Shown in pieces: positions 60,901-64,000 of a DNA stretch of 64,000 nucleotides. Under the pieces are notes generated by a model. That model was not told the DNA's origin. It saw only the letters and a program-made list of their open reading frames with translations, and did no database searches. The stretch spans positions 930,001-994,000 of the forward strand of contig CM061249.1 in the NCBI GenBank assembly GCA_022605425.2, in the 5' to 3' direction. Source of the DNA: Hamiltosporidium tvaerminnensis FI-OER-3-3. Taxonomy: Eukaryota; Fungi; Microsporidia. Numbering within the stretch: the stretch's first letter is position 1; each line of letters starts with the position of its first letter. The position numbers were made by a program, and so were the translations under genes.

Positions 60901-63900
60901 TGTTAACGCTGTTTAGCAAAACAAAACCAACAAACATATATCGCAAAGCTTATGAATCTGTCGAACTTAAGATTTTACAGTCATTTTATAAAATCTTAGA
61001 AAATTTCAACAATAAAAGAAATATTTATTTTTTAATAAAATAAATTTTTAACTGCTTAGAATTCTTCTTAATTGTTCAAACCATTTTCTTACTTTACTTT
61101 CGAATTAAAGCAGTCAAGGATTTTACTTTTATCAGGTAGCTTGATTCTGTTTAAGATTTTTATTCTTTAAAAACAAAAAAACACTTTATCTCTGAAATAA
61201 TCATTATAAAATTTTACTTATATAGGTCTTCTTATACCAATTTAAACCCCAACTTTATTTTACCAACTTATGGTGGTAGATCATTTCGTCCTATATTTTA
61301 TGCCGTGTATGCACATAAATTATTTTCGCAAATTTGGAATAACAACAATATATTATTCAATATTAGTTATAGTCACTTCGGAAGTCTTTTCATTCTATTG
61401 TATGTAAAATTAATGCATTATAAAAATCAAATGTAATTTGTCATCTTATAGTAAAACTATACAGAGGTTTTTTGTTCTATTTCTTCTATTTAAGTTGATT
61501 TAATCAACAATCTAGAAGCAGATAAGTGATAAGAAAATTGGATTTGAAGTTCTTAAGAATTCATTTACAAAGAGACGAAAACGGATCTTAAAAGGTATTT
61601 AAAAAATTAATAAAACACATCTTTTTGTATAGTTGAATTGTGAATCTAAATGAAATGTAACATTTTTTTACAATTTAAGAGTATTTAAAATAAGAAATGT
61701 TTTAAGTCGTAACATAAATTATATTTTTGAGTTTTTTATTTCCAAAACGAAATTATAAAGATTTTAACAGACTTTAAGTATGGTCTTACGGGCATGTGGA
61801 AAACTTTACTGCTATGAAGCGGTACGATATAGAATCAAAGACCAGAAAAATAAAATTCGAATTTACTTAAAAGTATACATTTAAACAAATCAAAACGTAA
61901 TAAACTTACAATGGGCAGTTTTGGGTATATTATTATAGCAGGTTTGCCACTCTGAATTTATTTTACCATCATTGAAAATTTAAAAAAAATTGTGTTTGCC
62001 CATATACTTAAATTTTAATTGTTTGGGGATATTGTTTTTTTATCAAGAGAAAAATATTTCTTTTATACATTATGGTGCAAAGATCCAGTACAAATCATTT
62101 TCTCGTTTTTTCTGCCATTATATGGATATCTTGGATTTTAAAGGATAGAAACCTGAAGATTTAACTTTTTATAATACATGTTAAACGTCATAAAAAGATT
62201 TTTCTTGTAAGACTTCAGATATGCTCTTAATAAATGATATATGCTATATTAGACCAAAAATTGATATATCGAAAATGATTTGATATAAAATAATATTCTA
62301 GAGAACAACTGTATATAGCTCTGCTTCTTAGAAAAATTACGCGTTTTATAAAAAATCACTTAATTGTTGCTTCTCAACAAGTATATATTTTGAAGACAGT
62401 GCAATTTATAGATTACGGCAACAAGTATTTTTTGATAAAATGTATTGTGGATGTGTTTTTAACCCAATAAGAACAGTTGTTATAGGCCTGTATTAAGGTT
62501 TATTAATGAGTATAAGATGCACCAAGTTTTTTCTTAAATAAGATATGTGTGAATATAACTTGTTTTGTTTAGTTGATACATGTAAAGGATTTTTTTTTGA
62601 ATATCATGGTGGTTTTTACTTCTCGAAACTTTAGAGTGTGCACAAAGAGCAATATTTGTAAAACATAGACTGTAAAGCTATTGTAAAACATTTCAGGAAA
62701 TATTTAAAGTATAAAGTTTGCTTGAATGTCTCTGATTGCAAATATATCGAAAAGTTCAAAATTGGCAAAAATTCTTCAAAAAACGCACTAAAAAAATGAA
62801 GAAAAGCCACTCAAACATGACAGAGCTATTTACACTTTGCATTATTGTAGAATATAAAATTAAAAGAGCAGATTTTTACTCCCTAGACACGAAATAAAAA
62901 GGATGGGACAATAAAAATTTCTGCTGCAGGTAAAATCGTTTCCACAAACGTTTAATATTTTTCTATGCAATTTTCAATAATAAAAAATACAATCAAAACG
63001 GGTATATTTTTGGGCATTAAATGAGTTTTCCTCGTGTGTCTATTTTTTTGCAAACATGAACAAAATAAGAAAATAATTTTCTCTTTTGTAAATAAAAATG
63101 TATATGAATGCTTTTGTGAATAATTTTTCAGGCTATGAAAAAAAACGGAATTTTACTGAAAGTTTGAATCCATGGATAATGTTTCATATATGTAAAGTTA
63201 ACAATTTTTTGCATTAAAAAAATTAGATACGTATGTTTTAACTGTCTAGAACTTAATTTTACAATAACATATTTCACAAATATAAGAAATTATATTTTGT
63301 CTAGGAAAATAAACGAGCTTCCGATATAACAAATTGTACTAAAACAAATTATAATTAAGACTTTACCTTTTGCAGCATTTCATTTCACAAATATTTTTAT
63401 TCTATCTTTAGTTTTCAAATTTGAACAAACCTTAAAGGAAAATAACAATATGCTTAACAAAGAAAAAGTTTTGATTTTTATACAAAAAAGAAATTTCATA
63501 TAAAAAAAATACATGTAACCAGATCCGGCTTTGTAAAACCACTCATCCATAATATATTTCAATTTTTATATTTTGGAATAGCCTTAATTACCAGATTTCA
63601 TATGTGCCCAAAAAATATGTCGAAAATTTTAGTTACATGTTGCTGTTTTTAGATCGAAAATTCTTAACCGTGGGTCTCCGCATTCCCGAGGTGAGGGAAG
63701 GTATGTTATTGAGTGCGACCAGAGCCCAATCAAAAGCTAAACCTCATACAGAAATCTTGATTTTGTTTTTTGTCAAAATATAACAAACAGATTCTCGAAA
63801 AATCAAAAAACCTTTTCATAAGGGAAGAGGCTATGATTAGTTATCAGATTCAAAGAGGAGCGGCTTACTAAAAGGTTAGGAATTACGATTTTATATAGAG

Positions 63901-64000
63901 CCCAATTTTTTAGGAGAAATTTTGTGTTATGAGTGCGATTAAATACAACTCTCACTGTATTTTGTAATAAGCTAGAAATTTATCTAAAAAAACCCAATTT

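Noticed and set aside
63660-63990. Slightly GC-rich terminal segment with repeated GAGTGCGA and GAGCCCAAT words
   Set aside because: It is truncated by the window edge and has no second copy here, so it cannot be classified.
1-64000. rRNA and tRNA genes
   Set aside because: No recognisable rRNA conserved blocks or cloverleaf with A/B boxes were seen by eye. A tRNAscan-SE or Infernal run would be needed to exclude them.

Overview
Very AT-rich, gene-sparse, repeat-laden eukaryotic DNA. It is most likely microsporidian, probably Hamiltosporidium-like. This is inferred from intron-free genes, a CCC motif just before each ATG, an expanded LRR-like family and 'GVN/HPL' low-complexity inserts. Only about five host genes are present: a DDX60/Ski2-like DExH helicase (minus strand, split by a single-base frameshift), two ~770-aa paralogous LRR-like proteins, and two copies of a 536-aa WD40-like/coiled-coil gene. 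The two copies lie in a recent 4.4-kb inverted duplication, and one has a nonsense mutation. The rest is decayed mobile DNA: RLE-type (R4/Dong-like) non-LTR retrotransposons, an RTE LINE, short RTE-derived SINE-like elements (some with twister-ribozyme-like heads), a Merlin transposase relic, LTR-retrotransposon-like debris and a dispersed ~690-bp non-coding element. From about 38 kb to the end there is no credible intact gene. The most unusual signal is a set of at least six low-complexity insertions, five of them in frame inside the helicase. All share one strand-symmetric polarity, a G-rich arm followed by a C-rich arm, like head-to-head telomere fusions.
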